Shown here: positions 43,552-56,444 of the stretch, piece after piece
How positions within the stretch are numbered: the first letter of the stretch is position 1
Layout: each line of letters begins with the position of its first letter
DNA from: Octopus sinensis
Lineage: Eukaryota
Assembly (NCBI RefSeq): GCF_006345805.1
Contig: NC_043009.1
Span: forward strand, 11,780,001 to 11,844,000
DNA: 64,000 nt
Reading direction: 5' to 3'
Program-made: the position numbers and the translations under genes
The notes under the pieces: generated by a model
Told to the model about the DNA's origin: nothing
Seen by the model: only the letters and a program-made list of their open reading frames with translations
Databases searched by the model: none

Positions 43552-45798
43552 GTGTGTGTGTGTATGTATGTGTGTGTATATGTTTGTGTGTCTGTATTTG
43601 TCCCCCCAACATTGCTCTTGACAATTGATGCTGGTAGGATAAGTACTAGGCTTACAAAGAATAAGTTCTGGGGTTGATTTGCTCCAGCATGGCCGCTGTC
43701 AAATTACTGAAACAAGTAAAAGAGTTAGGTCGTTTAATTCTTTTGTTATCATATCTCTCTTGAAATGCGCTGCCATTGTTTCATTTAATTTACAAAATAC
43801 ACAAAGAATCGAGTAAAATGACTGTTATTATTAAACTGGTGGATGGAAGATAAACGCTAAAATCTTGATGGAAGGTTTTTATTTCGATCACTTTAAACAG
43901 GAAGTTTATGTGGATCTTTTTGGTTTGAACGGCAGTTTTTTCTAGCGGTGTCATATGAAATTGTCACCCATAATTATGACCCTAGAATCAATCTATTGCA
44001 TTTCAATCTGTTTTAGGGTTAGGGTTAGGGGTGGGGGGAAGAGTATCTTTTTTTTTTTCACAAATGTAAATAAACCCAATCTGTTTCTTAAACGAGGGAC
44101 ATATTCATACAGCACAGAATGTTTTCACCTCAACAGACGTCATTGATTGATTGAAATTGCAGAAATTAAAGAAAAGAAACAACAAATATCTTACAAATTA
44201 TAGAATTTTCTCAATAAATCCAAGAGAAAAAAATGTTTTATAAACACATTCTACCAGTATACGAAGTTTAAAAGTGTTTAGTTACGTGGAAATTATTTTT
44301 AAAAACTGCTGTTCAAACCAAAAAGATCCATTTATGTCAGAGATGCAGGGGTGGTCTCAAGTGGGTTGCTATCAAAAGGGTTAAAACCTATCGCTCAAAC
44401 ACATTTGAAGATATGTAGAAATAAGCAGAATAATATTAGAAAGAGAGAGTGTGGGGGTGTCTGTGCGTGTGTGATATTAGTAATGGTGTATTTGAAAATT
44501 ACAATCTGTATTAACCTATTACGTGTTGTTCTTATTCCTACTCAGTTTTTTAAGTTCTCTTTCATTATGCCCATGTTTCTCTTCACCAAATTTTTCTACC
44601 AAGTTCCTGAGCCGGTACAAATTACTAACGAACCACCTGAGATGAGATCCCCACTCATGCATATTGAGAGCTTTCTGGAAGCCCTGACAAATGCTGATAA
44701 AGATGGCCGTATTGTACTCAACAGGAAAAGTAAGTGCTAACATAAACAACTAACAACAAATGCATTACCATTCTTATTGTCCATTATTATATATGAGCAA
44801 AACGTATATACAAACTACCATTTGTTTCATAGTTTACAGAACTATTTGGGGGACATAATTTTCGCAAGCCAGGAGGTCGAAACTGACATTTCACAGTTCT
44901 TCACTTTGAAACCAAAAGAGTTTTACATTGATGGGATTAAAAAGCTTGTAAATAGATGGAAGGAAGTCATAGATAATCAGGGAAAGTACATTGATGATTA
45001 AATTTCAATTAAAAATAACACTTGATCACTTTTTTTCTTTATTCAAAATTCGGACTAATATTGGACTATGAACTCTGAGGTATTAAGTCCAAATCCGCTG
45101 CAGTTATTTTCTTGTAAATTTGAGCAAATTTAATTTTACATGGTTCAGTTCATTGACCTATAACAAAAGCCCTAGAATATGATGAATGTTTGCAAATACA
45201 TTTGTCAATTTAGCCTAAACGATTATCATTCCATCTTTTTATTTTCATCTTTATTTTTTTTTTTTTTATAGATCTCTTAAGTGTATCAAGTATCAAGTTC
45301 CTTTTACTTAACCCTGCTGTGGAATTTAAATGTATTGTGGATGAAGCTCGTGCTGTTGTCATTGCTGGTGGAACAATGCAGCCTGTAAGTCTGAGAAAGT
45401 ATTGTTATTACTATTATTATTATTATTATTGTTATTTCCATCTTTCTTCAAATTTTCTTCCGTTTCTCGCTGGGTGTTTTCCGTACACCTAGGGCAGAGA
45501 AGCTCATTGTATGCATTCCAAGATTACTCACGCAAATTCACAGGTAAAATATGTATTTAAAAAATTATAAACAAATAAATTCATGAATGGATGTTGTTTT
45601 CACAGCGATAATGCTCTTCTCAGTACATGAGCCGTTCCAGTTAACACGATTTTTTGCACTTACTGTAGGGATGGTAAGCCTGGTATCATTTCCAAATAGG
45701 TTTCAGTACCTTTTTTTATCATTCCTAGAGCTCCTACAATCACTGGTACTGTAGTCGCCTTGAGATGCCTCATGTTTTGAATTTCTATTAGCAAGTCT

Positions 45799-45830
<32 letters not shown>

Positions 45831-48800
45831 GTTGTTATTGTTATCATTATTATTATTATTATTATTTTCCGATTGATTTGCATTTTGTTTCCTCTTCTGA
45901 CTGGATCTCAGTGAGAGACCTAATGTATATATTAGATGGAAAGAAACTCTCTGAGAAGGTGGGCAGTTGATGTCAGCACAATTTTTCAAACTTCAAAGAT
46001 TGTTGGTGTCTGAGGGTTCTGGTCATAAAATTTGTTGGTACCTTTTTTGCAGGGCACCCACAACAACAAGGATGATTTTGGTTAGCCACATCCTAGTTAT
46101 CTCAATCACCTGATCCTTGTATTTCAACTGTTTTCCAAATTCCTTTGCTGTGATGTTTCTATAAGTAGACACTGTCATATCAATTAACAGACATGTTTTT
46201 TGTCTTAAATCTTTGATGACAGTGTCTGGTTTGTTATCATTTATTTGCTTATCTGTATATATTCCATAATCCCATCATTGTTCATCATCATCGTTTAATG
46301 TCCACTTTCCATGCTAGCATGGGTTGGACGGTTTGACTCAGGTCTGGTGAACCAGATGGCTGTACCAGGCTCCAATCTTGATCTTACAGAGTTTCTACTG
46401 CTGGATGCCCTTCCTAATGCCAACCACTCCGAGAGTGTAGTGGGTGCTTTTTACGTGCCACCGGCACAAGGCCAGTCAGGCAGGACTAGCAATGACCTCG
46501 CTCAAATCTTTTTACACTTGCCACCGGCACAGGTGCCAGTAAGACGACGTTGGTAACGATCACACTCGAATGGTGCCATTTTACGTGCCACCGGCACGGA
46601 GCCACTTGGCTGTTCTGGCAAAGATCACGCTCGGATGGTGCTCTTGGCACCCTACTAGCACGTGCACAAGTGCTAGTAAGGCAACGTTGTTAACGATCAT
46701 GCTCGAATGGTGCCCTTTTATGTGCCACTGGCACAGAAGCCAGTTAGCCGCTCTGTCAACGATCACCCTCGTATGGTGCTCTTTGCACCCCACTAGCACG
46801 GTTGTCAGTCATCCAAATATCAAAGTTTAAAAGGTTTTAATCGACTAAAAATACAGCAATATACAATACAAACAAAGATTGCTAAATTGTAAGCAAAACC
46901 AAACTTCAACGCAATAACATTTTTATGCAGCAGGCTGCTACATTCTTGACTAACAGAAATCAACACTGAACATGTCGTGCCGCAAACAGAACAGAACTCC
47001 GCGCAGTTGCACTGCAGGCATATAACAGCAATCGAGACAATCAAAATCACGTGATCAAAACTAAAATCACAACAGGATGGTATCGTTTTTTTCCCTCGGT
47101 GACTAACTCTGGATGATGTTCGTAAGAGTTTTTAGTGTGTGGGATATTATAGTAACATCATATGCTTCGGTATTAGCCAACTCGATCATTCTATCGGGGC
47201 AAAGACTGAGCAACTGGCAATGATGTGGTCAAGTTTGTCATTGGAAAGTCTACACTTTGTGTCTACCTCATTCTATGTGATATTATTGATAGTTCTGTGT
47301 GAAGAGACCTTGATCTTGTGCCACTATGATAAATCCTTTTGTTTCAACTTGCAAACCACTGCTCTGCAATCACTGATGAGTTCTTCTCAGATCTACATCA
47401 GCTTCCCCAGCTCATTTGGGGTTTTGCCCATGCAACGGATTTTCTCAGCATAACCTTCAAGCTGTCCTGTTTAGCTTTTGTATTACACTTTTTTGCTGCT
47501 TTACTGGGTAGTATGTCCTCCTTATCATCATATTTAGGGGAGGTTAAGCTCTCATCTGTATTTATATGCATCATTTGAGATTGAGTATAATTTCTTACCC
47601 TATTCATGTTGTCTTACTAGCTGTATCATCCAATCGGTGTTACTCTGGATGTACATTTGAAATCCTATTGCGGTTGTTTTATAGGACGCTTCAAGTTGGA
47701 TTGGGCCTCTTCTGCCTTCCTTTCATGTGAGATAGAGCCTCTCAATGTCTGATTTTGGTTGCTGTATCCTGTTTAGTGTCAGCAGTTACCTACTCTATGT
47801 GTATATACATTGGAGTTCATTCAGATTCCAACTGATGGCATTAAAAGGTGGTGAGCTGGCAGAAACGTTAGCATGCTGGGCAAAATGCTTAGTGGTATTT
47901 CGTCTGCCGCTATGTTCTGAGTGCAAATTCCGCCGAGGTCGACTTAGCCTTTCATCATTTCGGGGTCGATAAATTAAGTACCAGTTATGCACTGGGGTCG
48001 ATATAATCGACTTAATCTGTTTGTCTGTCCTTGTTTGTCCTCTCTGTGTTTAGCCCCTTGTAGGTAGTAAAGAAATAGGCATTAAAGCTATAGTGGACAA
48101 CTGGTACTGCCAGGGAGTTTATAGCTACAATTCCATTCAGGAAGTTCAGTTCTGTATTCAGGACCATTCTGACACATCTCGCACTGGATGGGTGCAGCTC
48201 GCATCCTTTACATTAAATATTAATCGAAGGAAAGAGTCAAGAATTCTGATTAACTTCAACAGTATAAATATTTATTTCTTGATTCGCAATATATACGTTT
48301 CTTCCTCTGGGCGAATTGGCAGCCTAGGAGTTTTTCTCTGTAGTCAAGTGGAGTGAGCCAAATCCTGTCCGTTCAAGCATAGTGGAGATACGCCACAAGG
48401 TAGCAGCTTGAGAGAGCTGATAAAACACGACTGTCTTGTTCAGCTGCTGGCGTTCAAGAGAGCGATACGAGGGAATTTCGCTGCTGCTAGTTTTCTGCGC
48501 ATGCGCTTGAGGGAACTTCCGGCAGGCTTCCCGGAAGACTCCAACCCTGTGCATGCGTGCTGGAGATTTCCAAGATGGCGTCACTACAATACTCTTTCCT
48601 GATCTTCTCTTTCATTGACCTCTGCTGAATCCCTTTCTCTTCCTATACCCCAAGTTACTTATAAAAGCCTTCTTGAGACAGGATCTTGATAGATGTATCA
48701 TTATCGAGTCGGGTCATGGTATTAGCTGTCAGTTTACCACACACATATATACAGAGTAAGGCCCTCCACTTTATGATGCTCCAATCTATATAATTGTAAT

Positions 48801-51800
48801 ATGTTCCACTTGGGTCCTGCTGCAATTTTCTCTCCCTCGCGCAGTCATATACTTGCTATTCCACTGTTCAATTCATCAATGCTCCATGCAATAAAGTACT
48901 GCAGCTTTACTGTGAAATGATGTGTCAAAAATATTTAATTTTCAAACCTCGTTAAGGCATGTAGTTAAGTTTCTTTCAGTTGTCATTTCTTAACCCCTGG
49001 CTAAAATATATAAGCATCTTTTACTGATATATTTTGATAGGCACCAAAATATGCCACTGGTTAAAATAAAAATAAAATCGTTTCTTTTTTATTTCAAGGT
49101 GAATGAATTTAAAGAACAACTTTTCCAGTCTGTTGGTGTCCAACCGGAAAGAATTTTGGAATATTCTTGTGGTATGTTATAAGGATGAAAAATTTAAGAA
49201 ATTTCTCTTGTGCCACACTTCAGTTGCAAAACATTTAATTTAAATAATTTTGTGGTAGTAGTTTTCATTCTCTCTCTCACTCTATATATATATATATATA
49301 TATCATCATCATCATCATCATCGTTTAACGTCCGTTTTCCGCGCTAGCACGGGTTGGACGGGGTCTGGGGAGCTAGGGACTGCCCCAGGCTCCAGTCTAG
49401 TCTGGCAGAGTTTCTACAGCTGGATGCCCTTCCTAACGCCAACCACTCCGCGAGTGTAGTGGGTGTTTTTTATGTGCCACCTACACAGGTGCCAGAGGGG
49501 TCTGGCATCGGCCACGTTTGGATAGTGCTTTTTATGTGGGGGGGGGTGCAGAAATATAGGGGAGCACCAGTGGGGAGGGGTGGTTCAGAGAAATGATGAC
49601 AGGTTCTAGGCAAGTAGAACGTAGGATATCAAGAGAGGGGTAATGCATGGTGAAATAGCGTATTGAAGAGGGGGGTGGGAGAAGCGACATCCGGTATGGA
49701 TGGAGCAAAAATATAGAGATATCCGGTATTGGTGGTGGGGGTGGGCAGGGCGGGGCGGGTGCACCGCGAATACACGATGGTTGATGAATACACGAGAGGC
49801 GAGATGGATAATGGATAAATTAGTTAAAATAATTAGATAGATATAGAAATTAGTTAAAAATAGTTAGATAGATAAGAAAGCATGTATGATTGATGGAGAA
49901 GTGAAAATAAATAAGCATTCAACTTATCTGCTAGATGAATGAATGAATGAAAGAGCAAAAGTTTGGGGCTGCGTTTTTTAAGTAAAGCTTGTCCGGAAGA
50001 AGAAGGCGCGAATACACGATGGTTGATGAATACACGAGAGGCGAGATGGATAATGGATAAATTAGTTATCCATCTCGCCTCTCGTGTATTCATCAACCAT
50101 CATCAAAACAAATCAAAATAGATGAACATCAATGGAATTTGTAACTTTGTGGTACCAGTGCCGGTGGCACACAAGAAATCTATCCGAACGTGGCCGTAGC
50201 CAGTACCGCATCGACTGGCCTCCGTGCTGTGGGCAAGTAACAAACACCATCCAATCGTGGCCGTTTCGCCAGCCTCATCTGGCACCTGTGTCGGTGGCAC
50301 ATAAAAACACCATCCGAAGACCCGGCAAGACTAGTCAGGCCATAACCCGTGGCCCCTACCTGGGACGTAGTCAGTCCACTTGTGCATACCTTCCTTCTTG
50401 TGACACTTGTGAAGACCTGTTGAGGCAAGTGAAAATCAAAACAAATCAAAATAGATGAACATCAATGGAATTTGTATCTTTGTGGTACCAGTGCCGGTGG
50501 CACACAAGAAAACCATCCGAACGTGGCCGTAGCCAGTACCGCATCGACTGGCCTCCGTGCTGCGGGCACGTAACAAACACCATCCGATCGTGGCCATTCG
50601 CCAGCCTCATCTGGCACCTGTGTCGGTGGCACATAAAAACACCATCCGAGCGTGGCCGTCTGCCAGCCTCGTCTGGCACTTGTGTCGGTGGCACATAAAA
50701 AACACCATCCGAGCGTGGCCGTTCGCCAGCCTCGTCTGGCACCTGTGTCGGTGGCACATAAAATCACCCACTACACTCTCGGAGTGGTTGGCGTTAGGAA
50801 GGGCATCCAGCTGTAGAAACACTGCCAGATCTGACTGGCCTGGTGCAGCCTTCGGGCTCCCCAGACCCCAGTTGAGCCGTCCAACCCATGCTAGCATGGA
50901 AAACGGACGCTAAATGAATGATGATGATGAATGATGATGATATATATCATCATCATCATCGTTTAACATCCGTTTTCCGTGCTAGCATGGGTTGGACGGT
51001 TTGATCGGAGTCTGGGAAGCCAGGAGGCTGCACCAGGCTTCAGTCTGATCTGGCAGTGTTTCTACAGCTGGATGCCCTTCCTAACACCAACCACTCCATG
51101 AGTGTATATATGTATTCGTTTATTTTATGTCTATTTTGCCATACTAACATGAATTGGACAAGGACAGGGAACTTATTTGGGGCTGGATTCCCTTCTTGTT
51201 ATCAACCCTTGTTTTTCAAGTAAGAGATTTTTTTAATTCTAGTTTCTTAATGATGATGATGATGTCCATTGGACAACTTATAGAAATATTACCTTGCTTT
51301 GAAACAGGTGAGGGTTGGTGACAGGGAAAGGTATCTGGTTAAAAAATGTTTCCCTTAAGTTATCGTCTCATTTATGCCAGTGATGAAACATGAACATTAA
51401 AATGGTTCAGTTCTATATTTAAGGGATGAGGAATTATGTACATTATTTACATTCGACGGATATTTGTCCATGGGCATATGGCACGATGTTTAAGAATGCA
51501 GGCTACTAAACCCCAAGATTTCGAGTTCGATTCCAAGCAGTGACCTGAACAACAACAACAATAATAATAATAACAATAATAATAATAAGAATAATAATAA
51601 TAACATCGAAAAATACCTTAGGAATGAGAACCCAGGTTCGAAATCTCCCCAAGACACCTGAAGAAGGCTGGAGGGTATATCAGCTGAAATGTTGTGTTAT
51701 CAACAAACAAGATGAGGACAAATATCCATCGAATGTAAACAATGTAAATAATGTATTAGAATGGTTGTGATGATACACACAGATTCACTCATTTTATTTT

Positions 51801-54800
51801 TATTGTTTCTTTTTTTTTATTTAGGGCATGTCATACCTGACAATAATTTACTTACTATTGCTTTGGCCAATGGACCATCTGGACAAGAAATGGATTTTAC
51901 ATTTAAATCAAGGAACAATGTTCAAACGGTATATTATGAAGCACTTTTATTCTGTGTTATTATAATAATAATAATGATTGTTAATTAATTAATCGTGTTG
52001 CTGATTTATGCATGATATGCTAATTGCTCCAGCCATATCAGCTGCATTCGTTTTGAATTTGATTTTAAAAGCATTTGTTATTCGGTTTTCCTTGTAAGCA
52101 GAGAATGAAGGACAGCAGACCCCTGAGGAATGACCAATCAGCTATGAAACTGAATAATTTCCCACAGTTTTCTGTGCCAAAGCATGATATATTTACATTT
52201 GTTTATTTTTCATTCAGCCATAAAAATCCTGTCAAAACACAGTAGTCTTCTACCTGGCAACCATCCTGCCCATGGATGCATGGGAGACGGATGTTAACCC
52301 TTTCATTACTAACCCGGCCAAAACCGCCTCTGGCTCTGTAGTACAAATGTCTTGTTTTCTTAAGTTTTTAATTAAAATCTTCTACCAAACCTTAGTCACA
52401 ATTTATGTTCCTAACACCAGCTTAATGATAACTAAGTTATTTTTCTAAATTCTTTGTTATATTTAAAGTAATTGAAAGAAACACAGAGCATCTCAAAGTA
52501 AATATGGTAATGAAAGGGTTAAATGGTGCTGGTGATGACAGGTCTTATAAACTGTAGGTTAACTGCATTAAATTAACCTTAAATTTCAATAATAATAGTA
52601 ATAGTCCTTTTGACTATAAGCACAAGGCCTCAAATTTTGGGGGAGTGGTGCTAGTTAATTACATTCACCCCAGTGTGAAATAGGTGCTTATTTTATCAAC
52701 CCTGAAAGGATGAAAGGCAAAGCTGACCTCGATGGAATTTCTACGCAGAACTTTAAGACACACAAAACGCCAACTAAGTATTTTGTTTTGGTGTGTTAAC
52801 AGCTCTGCTAGCTTGCTGTCTTCGTAATAATAATATTTGTAGTGGGCCAGCAATTAGAAGGATGAAGGAAGTCTATTGTATTTACACCAGTGCTATACTG
52901 GTAATTATTTTATCAAAGCAGCGAGCTGGCAGAAGCATTAGTACGCCAGGCAAAATGCTTGGCTGTATTTCCTCTGCCGTTACTTTCTGAGTCCAAATTC
53001 CACTGAGGTCGACTTTGTCTCTCATCCTTTCGGGGTCAATAAATTCAGTACCAGTTATGCACTGGGGTCGATGCAATCGACTTAATCCATGTGTCTGTCC
53101 TTGTTTGTCCCTTCTATGTTTAGCCCCTTGTGGGTAGTAAAGAAATAGGTATTTCGTCTGCCGTTACTTTCTGAGTTCAAATTCTACTGAGGTCGACTTT
53201 GCCTCTCATCCTTTCGGGGTCAATAAATTAAGTACCAGTTACGCACTGGGGTCGATGCAATCGACTTAATCTCTTTGTCTTTCCTTGTTTGTCCCCCCTG
53301 TGTTTAGCCCCTTGTGGGTAGTAAAGAAATAGGTAATTATTTTATCAACCATCCCCCACAAAAAAAAAAATGAGAAGCAATATCAACATTTGCAGGATTT
53401 GATCTCAGAATGTAAAGAGCTGAAAGAAATGCCACTAAGCACCATTGTTTAACATCTGTTTTCCATGCTGGCATGAGTTGGAAGGTTTGATAGCAGCTGG
53501 CAAGGCCAGGAGCAACATACGATTTCAAAGTCTGTTTTAGCTTGGTTTCAACGGCTGGATGCCCTTCCTGACACCAACCACTTTACAGCATGCCATGATT
53601 GCTTTTTACGTGGCACCAGCACTACTGCTTTTAAATGGCACCATCACCAGTGCCTTTAAATGGCACCAGTGCTTTTGACATGGCACCAGCCCCAGTGCTA
53701 TTTATGTGAAACCAGCTCCAGTGCTTTTTACATGGCACCATCCCCAGTGCTTTTTACATGGCACCATCAATAGTGCTTTGAAGTCATCATCATCATCGTT
53801 TAACGTCCGCTTTCCATGCTAGCATGGGTTGGACGGTTTGACTGTGGGCTGGCGAACCAGATGGCTGCACCAGGCTCCAGTCTTGATCTGGCAGAGTTTC
53901 TACAGCTGGATGCCCTTCCTAACGCCAACCACTCCGAGAGTGTTGTGGGTGCTTTTACGTGCCACCTGCACGGGGGCCAGTCAGGCGGTACTGGCAATGA
54001 CCTCGCTCAAATTTTTTCTTTTTACACATGCCACCGGCACAGGTAGTGGCAGGGTATTGGTCAATTACATAAAGCCAGTACTTGACTGATGCTTTATTTT
54101 ATCAATCTTGAAAAGTTGAAATCAAAGCTGACCTCAGAAGGATTTGAACTCTGAATATGAAGAACTTGAAGAACTAATGCTAAGTAGATTTTCTCTGATG
54201 TGCTAAGAATTCTGCTTGTTTGCCGCTTGCAATAACAATAGTCTAATTCGTCGTTCTTTTATATTCTTTATTCTTATTTTAATTTTTAGCTAAACGAACT
54301 TGGTCATGTTGTTGTTAATATGTGCAATGTAATACCTGGTGGTATTGTCTGCTTCTTCCCATCGTATGATTTTGAAAACCATGTGTCTTCCCACTGGACA
54401 ACATCTGGAGTTCTGCAAAGAATATCAAATAAGAAAAAGGTATTAATGAAATATGATAATAATATTTACGGAGATGTACTTGCATAGCAAGTAACTTGAT
54501 CTGAGATTGTGTGCTGGAACGAAAATAATTGCAGCGTGGAAGGTGTTTATAAACCATTTAAGAAACACACAAAAACCGTTAGATTCACTTCAACATTTAA
54601 ATTTAATTTGTCAAAATATTTTCCTCGCTTTGAGACCGCGACCTGTTCACTGACAAAAATATCGTGCTAACAGGTCGCGGTCTCAAAGCGACGAAAATAT
54701 TTTGACAAATTAAATTTAAATGTTGAAGTGAATCTAACGGTTTTTCTGTGTTTCTTAAATGGCTTAGAAACACCTTCCACGCTGCAATTGATAATAGTAT

Positions 54801-55414
54801 TTTTGTAAAATTATTATCCTCAAAACATTGTGTAATTTCTGTTTGATTTATATTCACATTTCCCATAATGCATGGCTTCAAATTTCAATTATTTGTCATA
54901 ATAAAGTTCTGCCCATTGACTGCAGTAACACAGGAGGTTCTCTGCTACTATTGCTGATGTGCTCTGCCTTGTCATTAATCAAAACCATATGTACTTGTCT
55001 TCGATCATCATCATCAGCAGCAGCAGCAGCATCTTCATTGTTGCAATTTCTACTTTTTCATGCTTGCATGGGTTCGACAGAGTTTATTGTGGTAGATTTT
55101 CTGTGACTAGATGCCCCTCCTGTTCAAGCCATGCCAATATGGAAAACAAATGTTAAATGATGACATGTATATGTAAATATACAATATATGTTTGCTTGTT
55201 ATTATATATATCTGACTGGCCTCCGTGCCGGTGGCATGTAAAAGCATCCACTACACTCTTGGAGTGGTTGGCATTAGGAAGGGCATCCAGCTGTAGAAAC
55301 TCTGCCAGATCAGACTGGAGCCTGGTGCAGCCATCTGGTTGCCAGCCCTCAGTCAAAACCGTCCAACCCATGCCAGCATGGAAAGCGGACGTTAAATGAT
55401 GATGATATATATAT

Positions 55415-55467
<53 letters not shown>

Positions 55468-56362
55468 TCATCATCATTTAACGTCCGCTTTCCATGCTGG
55501 CATGGGTTGGACAATTTGTCTCAGGGCTGGCGAACCAGATGGCTGCACCAGGCTCCAGTCTGATCTGGCAGAGTTTCTACAGCTGGATGCCCTTCCTAAT
55601 GCCAACCACTCCAAGAGTGTAGTGGATGCTTTTACATGCCACCGGCACGGAGGCCAGTTGAGGCAGCGCTGGCAACGGCCACATTCGGATGGCTCTTTTA
55701 CATGCCACCGGCACTGGTATCACAACTACAGTTTCCATTGAACTAAAAATCTGTAATTGTGAAAATTTAAATGAAATTCCTCAAAAGTGGAATTATCTTT
55801 TTAATTTTTCATTTGAATTCTTCAGATATTCAGAGAGGCTCGGAAAGCTGGAGAATCTGATAAAGTTCTTAATTCTTATGCGCAGTGTATTGAGGTAAAT
55901 ATGAAATAATACCTATGTAATGTATATGTACATGCATACACCAGTGTGTGCATATACATATATTGTCCTATTTTTTTTACTGGCTTCAGCCATTAGATTG
56001 TGGTCATGCTGGGGCACCTCCTTCAAGTGTTAAATTGATCATGTTAATTCTAGTATTTATTTCACTTGTATATTTATTTTATCAATCTATTTGTCAAACT
56101 GCTAAGTTACAGGACATGAAATGATGAAATAGTAGCACAAATATAGGCTAATGGTTAGACAGACTCACATACGCATGTGTGCACACACATACACACATGC
56201 ATTCCTCCATCTCCACACACGCATAGATGGATTGACAGATGAAAGTTACAAAAATTATTATATAGCAAAATGCAACTATGAGGAAAATTCCAATATAGCA
56301 AGTCTGAATATGTATTCACAGTTTTTAATGCCATGTGTGTGTGTGTAGATATATATATACAT

Positions 56363-56444
<82 letters not shown>

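Noticed and set aside
47376-47382. CTGATGA motif
   Set aside because: Antisense of Dong coding relic; no stem II or GAAA
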